From positions 7,378,001-7,442,000 of the forward strand of contig NC_043020.1 in the NCBI RefSeq assembly GCF_006345805.1: a DNA stretch of 64,000 nucleotides, given 5' to 3'. This stretch comes from Octopus sinensis (Eukaryota). Position numbers and translations under genes: made by a program. The notes under the pieces are model-generated. The model worked only from the letters and a program-made list of their open reading frames with translations. It searched no databases and was not told the origin of the DNA. Positions 48,075 to 61,799 of the stretch are shown here, in pieces. The first letter of the stretch is position 1, and each line of letters opens with the position of its first letter.

Positions 48075-50028
48075 TTGTGTGTCTGTGTTTGTCCCCCTAG
48101 CATTGTTTGACAACTGATGCTGCTGTGTTTACGTCCCCGTCACTTAGTGGTTCGGCAAAAGAGACCGATAGAATAAGTACTGGGCTTACAAAGAATAAGT
48201 TCCGGGGTCGATTTGCTCGGCTAAAAGGTGGTGCTCCAGCATGGCCACAGTCAAATGACTGAAACAAGTAAAATGAGTAAAGAGTAAAGAGAGTAAATTA
48301 GTAAAATTACTTTGTCATTATTAATCTGGTGTTTGGAACACAAACTGACATGAAAATTTGATGGACGGTTTTAATTGAGATTACTTTAACACAGGAAGTT
48401 TGTGCTTAGAATCAGAGACAGTCTCAGGAGGATTTGGTGTTAAAGAATGATGCAGAACCACTTTCAACATTGGTATGTTCCAGATAACTGCAATACCAGA
48501 AATACTAGAAATTTGTGAGGGTTTTTGTCACATTCACACTTGAAATTTATTCCCCACAGACAATGTTACTCATTACTCGTTACTCTTTTACTTGTTTCAG
48601 TCATGTGACTGTGGCCATGCTGAAGCACCGCCTTTAGTCGAGCAAATCAATCCCAGGACTTATTCTTTGTAAGCCCAGTACTTATTCTATCAGTCACTTT
48701 TGCCGAACTGCTGAGTTATGGGGACATAAACACACCAGTATCGGTTGTCAAGTGATGTTGGGGGGACAAACACAGACACACAAACATATACACACACACA
48801 CATATATATATACATGTGTGTGTGTGTGTCTCGATAAACCACAATTGTCCCTGAAAGTTGTTGTTTTTTATATGTTTGCTGTGGATTGCTTGAAGCTAAC
48901 TTTCTTCCTACACCTCGATCCCTAGATCTTACATTTATACTTATTCTTATGTTTGTTTCAGTCATTTGACTGCAGCCATGCTGGAGCACCACCCTTAGTC
49001 GAACAAATCGACCCCAGGACTTATTCTTTGTAAGCCTGGTACTTATTCTATCGGTCTCTTTTGCCGAACTGCTAAGTTACAGGGACATAAATATACCAAC
49101 ATCGATTCTCAAGTGATGGTGGGGTGACAAACACTGACACACAAACACACACACAAGCATATATACGACAGACTTCTTTCAGTTTCCATCTGCCAAATCC
49201 ACTCACAGGGCTTTGGTCTGCTTCTTCTTGTCACGTCGTACCGTGCCAAGTTAAGGCAGTTTGCTAAAACTTGTCCTTTCTGTTGTTCTGTGCTGTTCTG
49301 AGTTAAGGCTCCTTCCCATCATGCCATACCACGCTGAGTCAATGTTCCTTCTAGTGCCATGCGGAGTTAAAACTTGACCTTCCTCTATTGTTTGTTCTGG
49401 AGAAGGAGGAGGACATTTATGGCTGCAGTCCAGTGAATGAAACAAGTAACATATTCCTCTAGGAACCATTCAAGTGTTAATCATTGATTCCAAAAGGATA
49501 AAAGGCAAAATTGACCTCGACAGAATTTTAACAAAGATGGACAAAATACCAAATTCTTGTCATAAAGTCTGCACTAGTCACATCCTTACCCATGCCAACA
49601 ATGGTTTATATTGTCCACATAAGGCTGGAAAAGTGTAGAAACATTGATGAGATAGCTTGGTTGGCCCTCAGCATAAACAACACGTCATTATGCCTAAAAC
49701 AGATAGAATTCAGCGTAAAGTATACTAGCCGTCAATATGGCTAACCACTAAGGGTGGGTGTTACTGTAGCTTTTAACCCCAGGAGAACATCGTCTCCAGC
49801 TGGCTTTAGGCACACTATTTGTGCCCTTATGGTTTTTGCAAAGGGAGGTCATCCCTCTTTCGTAAGCCTAAGTGATACACACGGACTGCAGTTTCGAGGT
49901 GCTTGCCTCTTGTCAACGCACGGTAATCACCGGTTTACAATGAAAAGGAAGACCTGAATGCAAATACTTATGGGTTTTTCTAGTAACTGTCACTGATTTC
50001 AGTTCTATATTTAAGAGATGAGGAATTA

Positions 50029-50182
50029 TGTACATTATTTACATTTGATGGATATTTGTCCTCATCTTGTTTGTTGTTAACACAACATTTCGGCTGATAT
50101 ACTGGAGGGTATATCAGCCGAAACGTTGTGTTAACAACAAACAAGATGAGGACAAATATCCGTCAAATGTAAATAATGTACA
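50029..50182. repeat. Near-perfect palindrome (74-bp arms, 6-nt loop)
   Basis: 50029-50102 vs 50109-50182, two differences. Confidence 0.95.
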
Positions 50183-50432
50183 GATAGAATAATTATCATT
50201 GCTTTTTTTTATGGCAACGATTTAGCAGAATAATTAGCGTGATGGATAAAATACCCAGCAACGTGTTTTCAAGCTTTACGTTCTGAGTTAAAATTACATC
50301 AAGATCGACTTTGACTTTTAGGGGGTTCGCTTGCATACTCTGTTCCCGGGCCCATGCTCAACACATTCGGTAGGAATTACATAGGGAGCCAAATCAAACT
50401 GTTTTAAATAATACACACACACACGAGCACAT

Positions 50433-50469
<37 letters not shown>

Positions 50470-51876
50470 CGGGCGAAATGCTTTGCTGTATTTCGTCTGC
50501 CGTTACGTTCCCAGTTCAAATTCCGCCGAGGTCGACTTTGCCTTTCATCCTTCCGGGGTCGATAAATTAAGTACCAGTTACGCACTAGGGTTGATGTAAT
50601 CGACTTAACCCCTTTGTCTGTCCTTGTTTGTCTCTGTGTTTAGCCCCTTGTGGGTAGTAAAGAAATATATATATATATATATATATAATACGCGTATACA
50701 CTCGTTCACTTACTAATAACACTATACTAATACGAACGTAGTAGAAAAAAATGCTCTGGGAAAGATGAAAGGAGAAAAAGAGAGAGAGAAGGAGAGAGGC
50801 AAGAGGATTGGGTCAAAGAGAAGCAAGGCTCAACGGGAGAGAGACAAGTCTATAGAGAGACTACGAAAGGTACAGGCACGTTTCTAGGAGGTGAAGAAGC
50901 AAAAGAAGAAAAGAGAAAGAAAGAAAGAAAATAAGAAGAAAACCTGAAGAAGAGAGCAAAGGAGAATACTAGAGAGGAGGAGGGCATAGAAGATGAAAGA
51001 TGGAAAGAGGGGAGAGAGACTTAGAGGTGGCGGTAGTGAAGAAGAGGGGGTTAGTATGGATTAGGTTGCTTCCCCTTGTCACACTCTATCTCCTATTAGC
51101 ATTTCAACCCCCATCATCCACCACCAGCGCCCTTTGAACCAAAGAAGGGGATCGTTATTTCATGAGGTGGTTTTTGACCTGCTAGAAATAGCAGCCAAAT
51201 TCTCATAAATTTTAACCAATCTTTGTAAGCCTAGTACTTATTCTATCGGTCTCTTTTGCCGAACCGCTAACTTACGGGGACGTAAACACACCAGCATCGG
51301 TTGTCAAGCGATGTTGGTGGGACAAACACATACACAAACACAACACACACACACATATATATATATACGACGGGCTTCTTTCAGTTTCCATCTACCAAAT
51401 CCACTCACAAGGCTTTGGTAGAAGACACTTGCCCAAAATGCCACGCAGTGGGACTGAACCCGGAACCATGTGGTTGGTAAGCAAGCTTCTTACCACACAG
51501 CCACTCCTGCGCCTACAGATGGTCACATTTGGAATGCTTTTGATCCCTATATCAACTCGATTAGAGGTTGTTGGGTGTGGAGGTGACCTTGAGCTCCAAT
51601 CTGCTTCAATCTGCTTGAAATAGCAGCAAAATCCAGTTGTCTTAAAACAAGAATGACACGACAGTTAACGTTTTAAAAAGACTAGACTGTCACATTTGGG
51701 ATGTTTTTGATGCATGGATCAGCTCAGTTTGTGGCGGTGGAACGGATGAGTTAGAACTAAACAAGAATACCAGTTGACAGCGACAATGGAGGGGACTGCA
51801 TATTTATTCAACTTGCTAGAAATAGCAGCCAAATCGCTTTCACATCACAGTTGTATTGTTTGAAAATAAAAGGACA

Positions 51877-52130
51877 TGGGATGGAAGCACTCCGTCGGTT
51901 ACGACGATGAGGGTTCCGGTTGATCCGAATCAACGGAACAGCCTGCTCATGAAATTAACGTGTAAGTGGCTGAGCACTCCACAGACATGTGCACCCTTAA
52001 CGTAGTTCTCGGGGATATTCAGCGTGACACAGAGAGTGACAAGGCCGGCCCCTTGAAATACAGGTACAACAAAAACAGGAAGCAAGAGTGAGAGAAAGTT
52101 GTGGTGAAAGAGTACAGCAGGGATCACCAC
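51877..52130 (-). mobile_element. 5'-truncated copy of the tRNA-Arg-like SINE
   Basis: Matches 808-1062. Confidence 0.85.
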
Positions 52131-52399
52131 ATACTACCCCTGACACACTATGTCTGAAAGACCCCTCCTCTCCAAAAAAAAAAAGAAGAAAAATCAAAGA
52201 AAGAACCCCCTCAAAAAAAAAAAAAATTTCGATGGACTGGTTATGGTTGGGATGTTTTTCGACCATAGGGTTTACTCGACCAGAACTGACCTGTAATTAA
52301 ACAACAACAACAAGGCTTAGAACAACAACAACACAAACAACCACATTCACGTTCTCTTTTTGTTTGTATGTTTGTCTTCCTCTCTTAATAGATACTAAG

Positions 52400-52499
52400 N
52401 NNNNNNNNNNNNNNNNNNNNNNNNNNNNNNNNNNNNNNNNNNNNNNNNNNNNNNNNNNNNNNNNNNNNNNNNNNNNNNNNNNNNNNNNNNNNNNNNNNN
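52400..52499. other. Assembly gap (100 N)
   Basis: Run of n. Confidence 1.
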
Positions 52500-52766
52500 A
52501 CTATGATGACGACGATGATGTACCTCCATCATCTCCTATTTCACCATTCTTTATCATTCTGTGGATATTGCATCTGTTTACCTGTTGCTATATCATCCCC
52601 TGTCATATTTGTCTAGGCGTATGGAGTAGCTTGTTTACCGACTGCATGGTTCCGGGTTCAGTCCCACTGCGTGGCATCTTGGGCAAGTGTCTTCTGCTAT
52701 AGCCTCGGGCCGACCAAAGCCTTGTGAGTGGATTTGGTAGACGGAAACTGAAAGAAGCCCGTCGTA

Positions 52767-52804
<38 letters not shown>

Positions 52805-53974
52805 CGTGTATGTTTGTGTGTCTGTGTTTGTCCCCTAGCATTGCTTGGCAACCGATGCTGGTGTGTTTATGTCCCCGTAACTTAGCGGTTCGGCAAAAGA
52901 GACCGATAGAATAAGTACTGGGCTTACATAGAATAAGTTCCGGGGTTGAGCTGCTCGATTAAAGGCGGTGCTGCAGCATGGCCACAGTCAAAATGACTGA
53001 AATAAGTAAAAAAAAAAAATAGGAGTGGCTGTTGTGGTAAGTAGTTTGTCTACTAACCACATGTTCCGGGTTCAGTCCCACTGGTGGCACCTTGGGCAAG
53101 TGCCTCTACTATATAGCCTCGGCCAGCCAATGCTTGTGAGTGGATCTGGTAGACGGAAACTGAAAGAAGCCCGTCGTATATATGTATATTATATATATAT
53201 ATATATGTGCGTGTATGTTTGTGTGTCTGTGTTGTCCCCTGCATTGCTTGGCAACCGATGCTGGTGTGTTTATGTCCCCGTAACTTAGCGGTTCGGCAAA
53301 AGAGACCGATAGAATAAGTACTGGGCTTACATAGAATAAGTTCCGGGGTTGAGCTGCTCGATTAAAGGCGGTGCTGCAGCATGGCCACAGTCAAAATGAC
53401 TGAAACAAGTAAAAAAAAAAAATAGGAGTGGCTGTGTGGTAAGTAGTTTGTCTACTAACCACATGGTTCCGGGTTCAGTCCCACTGTGTGGCACCTTGGG
53501 CAAGTGCCTTCTACTATAGCCTCGGGCCAGCCAATGCCTTGTGAGTGGATCTGGTAGACGGAAACTGAAAGAAGCCCGTCGTATATATGTATATATATGT
53601 ATGTGCGTGTATGTTTGTGTGTCTGTGTGTGTCCCCCTAGCATTGCTTGACAACCGATGCTGGTGTGTTTATGTCCCCGTTTATGTACCCCCATCAGCCC
53701 CTATTTCACCATTCTTTATCATTCTGTGGATATTGGCATCTGTTTACCTGTTGCTATAATATATCCCCTGCCATATTTGTCGAAGCATTTTATTCCAGCA
53801 ACGGACATGATTTTCTCAAATCACAACACACACAAACAAAAGAAAAAAAAAAACAAACCCAGACAATAAACTTTAGTATTACACAGATGTGTGTGAGTGT
53901 GTGTGTTTCTGTGTGTTTCTGTGTGTTTGTGGGTGTGTCCGCTGTTGTTATTGATGATGAGAGTGTCTATAGAC

Positions 53975-54067
53975 CTGATGATGATGATGGTGATGATGAT
54001 GATGATGAGGATGACGAGGATGAGGATGATGATGACGATGATGGTGATGATGACGATGACGATGACG

Positions 54068-54099
<32 letters not shown>

Positions 54100-54210
54100 G
54101 ACGACGATGATGATGATGATGATGACGATGATGATGACGATGACGACGATGATGATAATGATGATGACGATGACGATGACGATGACGACGACGACGATGA
54201 CGATGATGAC

Positions 54211-54249
<39 letters not shown>

Positions 54250-55205
54250 ATCTATGGTGAGGTAACTGTTCTTGAAGTTTGTGTTGTTGTTGTTGTTGTT
54301 CTCCTTGATTATGGCAGATGTTATTGTCGACGTTGCTGTCGTCATACAGTTGTATTTTCTGCTCTCATTTTAAATAATTCATTTTGTTAGTAAAAGAGAA
54401 GGATGATACAGTATTGGTGGTGGTGGTGGTGGTGTCGGTGGTGGTGGTGGTGGCTGTTGTTGTGATGGTGGTCTTGGTGACAGTGATAGCGGGGAGTGAC
54501 ATGGAGGTGGTTGGAACGATGGTGGTGGTGGTGGTGGTGGTGGTGATGATGGGGGGTGGATAGCAGAAATGGTGGTAGTGGTGACATTGGTGGTGGTGAT
54601 GGTGGTGGTGGTTGTAGTAGTGGTAGTGATAACTAGTTGAAGATAATGGTGGTGATGGTGGCGGTGGTGGTGGTGGAGTTGGTTGTGGCGGTGGTGGTGG
54701 TGGTGGTGGCCGTGGTGGTGGTGATGGTGGTGGTGGTGGTGGTGGTGGCGTTGGTGTTAGGAACATTCCTCCCCATATCAACGGACCCACACATACACAC
54801 ATAAACAAACAACAATCACACACTCGTAAAAAGACACCCACCCGCCTCCGTGCACACGCTTATAAATAAACACTAACATCTCACATACACACACAAATAC
54901 GCATATACATACACACACACAAATACACATACACACACACAAATACATATACACACACACATATACACATACACACACACATATACACATACACACACAC
55001 ATATACACATACACACACACAAATACATATACACACACACAAATACACATACACACACAAATACACACACACGCACAAATACACATACACACACAAATAC
55101 ACACACACGCACACACAAATACACATACACACACAAACACAGTTATTAACTAACCATTGACACTCATTCACTTACACATTACACACACACACTCACACAC
55201 ACACT
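53975..55205. repeat. Microsatellite cluster: (GAT/GAC)n, (GGT)n, (CA/TA)n
   Basis: Direct inspection; similar (GAT)n at 57089-57235 and 57455-57575. Confidence 0.95.
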
Positions 55206-57457
55206 CCTGTGGACCTACAGTCACACACGTGTTTGTTTCTGTTGCTCGTTAAGGTTTGTTTGTTAACGAGCGTCCAACAGCTTGCTCCTCATTATTAGGC
55301 CTCTAATACTTTGGAATCGACCACAGCCAACACAGCAAGACAAAGAGTGAGAGAGAGAGAGAGAGTGAGGGGAAAGGAGAGAGAGAAAGAGGCAGAGGGG
55401 AAAGAGAAAGAAAGGAAGAAAGAAAGAAGGAAAGGAGATGGGGAGGGAGGCCAGCGCCGACTGAGTATTCCTTAGTTACTATGGATTCCCACAAAGACAT
55501 GACTATTTTATCTAAGACCAGCTGTATCACAACATGGTCCGTGTAGAAAGAATGTTTGATTTTCAAACCGAGGGATCATCGGTTCAATTCCAGTCAAATG
55601 CTCGTATATCGATGCTGTATTTTCTGACATACAAGATACAAGTCAATGTAATATATAGTTATTTCTTTACTACCCACAAGGGGCTAAACACAGAGGGGAC
55701 AAACAAGGACAGACAAAGGGATTAAGTCGATTACATCAACATCAGTGCGTCACTGGTACTTAATTTATCGACCCCAAAAGGATGAAAGGCAAAGTCGACC
55801 TCTGCGGAATTTGAACTCAGAACGCAGCGGTGGACGAAATACCTATTTCTTTACTACCCACAAGGGGCTAAACACAGAGGGGACAAACAAGGACAGACAC
55901 ACGGATTAAGTCGATTACATCGACTCCAGTGCGTAATTGGTACTTAATTTATCGACCCCGAAAGGATGAAAGGCAAAGTCGACCTCGGCGGAATTTGAAC
56001 TCAGAATGCAGCGGCGGACGAAATACCTCAAAGCATTTTGCCCGGCGTGCTAACGTTTCTGCCAGCTCGCCACCTTAATATATAGTGTAAACATGTTGTC
56101 CAAACAGGTGCAGAAGTACAGGGGTGGCTGTGTAGTAAGGAGTTGGAGTAAGGGAAGGTGGTGGGCTGGCAGAATCGTTAGCACGCCGGGCAGAATGCTT
56201 AGTGGTATTTCGTCTGCTGCTACGTTCTGAGTTCAAATTCCGCTGAGGTCAACTTTGCCTTTCATCCTTTCGGGGACGATAAATTAAGTACCAGTTACAC
56301 ACTGAGGTCGATGTAATCGACTTAATACCTATGTCTGTCCCTGTTTGTCCCCTCTGTGTTTAGCCCCTTGTGGGTAGTAAAGAAATAGGTATTTTGTCTG
56401 CTGCTACGTTCTGAGTTCAAATTCTGCCGAGGTCAACTTTGCCTTTCATCCTTTCGGGGGTTGATAAATTAAGTACCAGTTACACACTGGGGTTGATGTA
56501 ATCGACTTAATCTCTTTGTCTGTCCCTGTTTGTCCCCTCTATGTTGAGCCTCCCCCCTCCTGTGGGCAATAAAGAAATAAGGAGTTGGCTTCTCAATCAC
56601 ATGGCTCTGGGTTCAGTCCCATTGCATGGCACCTTGGGCAAGTGTCTTCTACTATAGCACCAAGCTGACCAAAGGATGAAAGGCAAAGTCGACCTTGGCA
56701 GAATTTGAACTCAGAACATGAAGACAAGCACATGGCTACTAAACATTTTGTCTGGGGTTGGTGCTAAGGGTTCTGACAGCATACAGCCTTAATAATGTTT
56801 TCTCTGTTGGTCACAGGGGCCGACATAGAACATACAAGGGATGCAAATACAAAGGCACAAACGGAGGGGTTTACCGTGTAAACATATAATAAAGCAATAA
56901 CAAAAATGAATAATAAAATTAAACAATTAAAATTCCCAAATAGGGGACGGGAGACTTCCAAGGGAAAAACCGTGCAAACCCCACAGAAAATCACGGTTTC
57001 CCTGACCACATAGGCAAGTGCTTGCTCCCTTTCTTACTCCACTCAGAAGCACATGCTCAAAGCAGGGCTTACTGCCTTAATAATAATCAGGATGATGATG
57101 ATGATAATGACGATGATGACGACGATGATGATGATGATGATGATATGATGATGATGATGATGATGATAATGACGATGATGACGACGATGATGATGATGAT
57201 GATAGTGATGATGATGATGATGATGATGATGATCAGTCTTTCTACTAAAGGCACAAGGACTGAAATTTTGGGGAGGGGCTAAGTCGATTACATTGATCCC
57301 CAGTACTCCGCTGGTACCTAACTTATTGACCCTGAAAGGATGAAAGGCAAAGATGACCTTGGCAGAATTTAAATTGTAAAGACGGACGAAATGTCTGCCT
57401 TTAGGTTTTGGGTATGGTACACTAACGATTCTGCCACCTCACTACCATCAATAATAA

Positions 57458-57491
<34 letters not shown>

Positions 57492-57825
57492 GGTGGTGGT
57501 GGTGATGAGGAAAAGAAGAATGATGATGATGATAATTAGCATCATCATTGTCATGATGATGATGATGATGATGCTGACAACGACGACTCAAATCAAAACT
57601 TAATTCAAGGACTTTGATGTGATCGACATGTGGAAGGTTGGTGTCACGCATTCTGGTGGCTGAATATTGGAAGGGAATGGAAAATGAAACAAAGGCATTG
57701 GACAGAAACAAAACAAAGAAAAAAAAAAGAAAAGAAAACAAGATAAAGTTGACCTATAAACGGAGAGCTGGGCTTGTATATTATGAATCAATAAAAGATA
57801 TGTTTCTGTGCGTGCAATGTGTGTA

Positions 57826-57877
<52 letters not shown>

Positions 57878-58938
57878 TACACACACACACATCATCATCA
57901 TCATCATCGTTTAGCGTCCGCTTTCCATGCTGGCATGGGTTGGATGGTTCAACTGGGGTCTGGGAAGCCAGGAGGCTGCACCAGGCTCCAGTCTGATCTG
58001 GCAATGTTTCTACGGCTGGATGCCCTTCCTAACGCCAACCACTCCGAGAGTGCAGTAGATGCTTTTTATGTGCCACCGGCACAGGGGCCAGACAAGGCTG
58101 GCAAACATCCACGATCAGATGGTGCTTTTTATGTGCCACCGGCACAGGGGCCAGACGAGGCAGACGAGGCTGGCTAACGGCCACGATCGGATGGTGCTTT
58201 TTATGTGCCACCGGCACGGAGGCCAGTTGGGGCGGCGCTGGCAACGGCCACATTCGGATGGTTCTCTTACGTGCCACCGGCACTGGTATTACACACATAT
58301 ATATAAATGTATGAGACATATGGTGTAGTGCTTGGGGTGTTGGACTCATGATTGTAAGGACTGCGGTTTTGATTCCTGGATCAGACAATGCAAAGAAATT
58401 GACCCCAGGACTTATTTTCGTTGTGAGCCTAGTATTTATTCTATCAGGCTCCTTTGCCGAACCGCTAAGTTATGGTGGGGGGACGCAAACACACCAACAT
58501 CAATTGTCAAGCGATGGTGAGGGTGGGGTGGGGCAGGCACAAACACAGACACAGACACACACACACACACACACACAAATGTATACAGGTTCAGTTTCTG
58601 TCAACCAAATCCACACACAGCAGAAGACACTTGTCCAAGGTGTCATGCAGTAGGACTGAACCTAGAACCATGTGGTTAGGAAGCAAGCTTCTTATCACAC
58701 AGCCATATATATATATATATATATATATACTCTTTTATTTGTTTCAGTCATTTGACTACAGCCATGCTGGAGCACCACCTTTTAGTCGAACAAATCTTCC
58801 CCAGGACTTATTCTTTGTAAGCCCAGTATTTATTCTATCGGTGTCTTTTTGCTGGACCACTAGATTACGGGGACATAGACACACCAGCATCGGATGTCAA
58901 ACGATGGTGGGGGGACAAACACAGACACACAAACATAT

Positions 58939-58976
<38 letters not shown>

Positions 58977-58983
<7 letters not shown>

Positions 58984-59371
58984 CTTAGTTATTTTAATAT
59001 TTCTATTATTGAAAACAAGTGGATGTATTCCACCGAAACTAGGTAAATAAAACCATCGAACAGAGATTGTCGGAAGCGACACCTACTGGCTGGCTACGCT
59101 GCATTGAAAAGGGGCAATACTCCGAAACGCGTCTGTAGCTGCCGGTCAAGTAGTGTGGAGCGACTGACCTCCCTTGTTCGAAGGTTATATGGATACAGTT
59201 TGTGTATCAAATAGCTAACTTAAGGCGATGGCCTCATGGAGCTAATAAGCGGACAGCTTTTTTCTTATTTTTATAAGAATGCCATATTAGTATGGCGATA
59301 ACTATTATTTTCCGGGAACGCTGCCGCTGTTCTCTTTTAGAGAGACTTAGTTATTTTAATATTTCTATTAT
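58977..59371 (+). mobile_element. Penelope/retrozyme-like 362-bp unit with terminal direct repeats
   Basis: 33-bp direct repeat at 58977-59009 and 59339-59371; contains a hammerhead motif; sits in (TA)/(GA) microsatellite. Confidence 0.65.
59085..59146 (+). ncRNA. Type I minimal hammerhead ribozyme, U3-A8 variant
   Basis: Stem I GCUGCA/UGUAGC (plus ACUGGC/GCCGGU beyond an internal loop), core UUGAAAA, stem II GGGG-CAAUA-CUCC, GAAA-CGCG-UC; folded by eye. Confidence 0.7.
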
Positions 59372-59382
59372 ATACATATACA

Positions 59383-59590
59383 TATCTGTAAAATAATATG
59401 TGACCTTTATTCAATAGCCAAGATAAAACTCTGAGTTTCGGATGCCGAGGTGGAAATCCACAACACCATCTCTTCGGTTATCTGGCCATCATGATTGTAA
59501 GAGATGGTGTTGTTGATTTCCACCTCGGCATCCGAAATTCAGAGTTTTATCTTGGCTATTGAATAATTATCACATATTATTTTACAGATA
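59383..59590. repeat. Long inverted repeat (92-bp arms, 24-nt spacer), Penelope-like
   Basis: 59383-59474 is the reverse complement of 59499-59590 with a few mismatches. Confidence 0.9.
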
Positions 59591-60052
59591 AATTCCTCTA
59601 TTTACATAATATTGAGGTCTCTTTCTTTCTTTTGTTATCTTACCATTTTTACCAATATATATATATACATATATACAATGGGCTTTTTTCAGTTTCCATC
59701 TACCAAATCCACTCACAAGGCTTTGGTTGGACCGAGACTATAGACATGAGTAGCTGACCCCCTACAAAACCTGGCATTGCACTCTCTTCTCGTAGTTCAA
59801 ACCCCTCTTCTCCTCGCATCATGCTGATTCCTCCAGCAGGGTTTGTAGCTTCTGCAAGTTGCATGGTGACCTTACCAGTGCCGAAGGCATCGAAAAGGTA
59901 CCTAGTCCTCACTGTGAAGTGGTTGGCATTAGGAGGGGCGTCCAGCCATGAAAATCATGCCAAAGCAGACCACTGGCGCTTAATACAGTCCTTGGACACA
60001 TCAGATCCTCTCATACCATCCAAACCATACCAGCACAGAACATGTATGTTAA

Positions 60053-60176
60053 ATGATGATGATGATGACGATGATGATGATGATGATAATGATGGTAATA
60101 ATGATGATAATGATGATGATGATGATGATGATGATGATTGATGATGATGGTAATGATGATAATGATGATGATGATA

Positions 60177-60217
<41 letters not shown>

Positions 60218-60226
60218 GATGACGAC

Positions 60227-60263
<37 letters not shown>

Positions 60264-60448
60264 GGGATGATGACGATGATGATGATGATGGTGATGATGA
60301 TGATGATGATGATGATGGTAATAATGATGATGATGATGATGACGTTGACGATGATGATGATGATAATGATATAATGATGGTAATAATGATGATAATGATA
60401 ATGATGATGATGATGATGATAATGATAAAAATGATGATGATGATGATT

Positions 60449-60487
<39 letters not shown>

Positions 60488-60542
60488 GTAATATTGATGA
60501 TAATGATGATGATGATGATGATGGTAATATTGATGATAATGA

Positions 60543-60584
<42 letters not shown>

Positions 60585-60615
60585 TTGATGATGATAATGA
60601 TGATGATGATGATGA
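60053..60615. repeat. ~560-bp (GAT)n microsatellite extending from an RTE-type tail
   Basis: Directly follows a diverged RTE 3' end at 59870-60052. Confidence 0.9.
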
Positions 60616-61414
60616 CAATATAGCAAAATCAGTTATGACAACGAGTGTTCCAGTTGATCTGATCAATGGAACGGCCTGCTCATGAAACTGAAATTAACGT
60701 TCAAGTGGCTGAGTACTCCACAGACGGACGTACCCTTAATGTAGTTCTCAGGTAAAATTTAGCAAGACATACTGAATGTGATAGGGCTGGCTCCTTTGAA
60801 TCACAGGTACAATGCATTTTTGCCAACCGAGTGAACTGGCACCGTGTGAAAATAAAGTATCTTGCTCAAGGACACAGTGCACTGCAAGATGTTGAACTCA
60901 TGGCCTTACGACCTTGACCTGGATATCCCTGACCACTTAGCCACACACCTTTACTGATGAGGATATATAAGCTGAAACATGGTTGTGTGGCTAAGAAGTT
61001 TACCTTCACAGTCATGTGGCTTCGGGTTCAGTTCCACTATGTGGTACGTTGGGTGAATGTGTTCTACTATTTCCCTTGGGCAACCAAAGCCTTGTGAGTG
61101 GATTCGATAGATGGAAACTGAAAAGAAGCCCAACAGGTATAATTTGAACAAACCATCATATGTCAGTTAATAGAAAAAAGGTGGGCTAACTTTTGCCTTA
61201 TGTTCAGTATACAATTCCTGTATGTACGCACACACACACACACACACCACACCCACACACCACACACACACATACACACCACATACACACCACAGACACA
61301 CCACATACCACATCAGTTTATCATATATGTATATTATACATACATACATACAGACACATAGACAACAGATTCATAGATAGATAGACAGCCATAAATATAT
61401 ATATATATATATAG

Positions 61415-61447
<33 letters not shown>

Positions 61448-61799
61448 TATATATATATACATATACATACATACATGCATGCACACATACATACATATGT
61501 ATATTTATGCACTAGCAGAATGCCTGGCATTGCCTAGACTGAAAAGTGATCTGTAAATAGCCCATAATTACTGTTAATGACTTAACGAAGACATATTTAG
61601 TTTAATAGAACACTAATGGATTTCTCTTACAACTTTCTCAGCCACAAAAGTAATGAAGCTGTTTTGACAATTTCGTTGCTGGTAATCTGGTTGCCAATGT
61701 CCTCTGTTATTGATACCTGTTTAATATTAATCCGGTAGTCAGTCCAAAGTGAAGCTGTTTGAAGACAAGGAGGAATTTCATTGGTTGTTGTTATTGCTA

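Noticed and set aside
52500-53780. Triple tandem SINE as a biological array
   Set aside because: Abuts the N gap and the copies differ by scattered 1-nt indels, typical of unpolished or mis-joined assembly
53647-60685. Poly-Asp/Met/Ile/Pro/His ORFs
   Set aside because: Translations of (GAT)n, (GGT)n and (CA)n microsatellites
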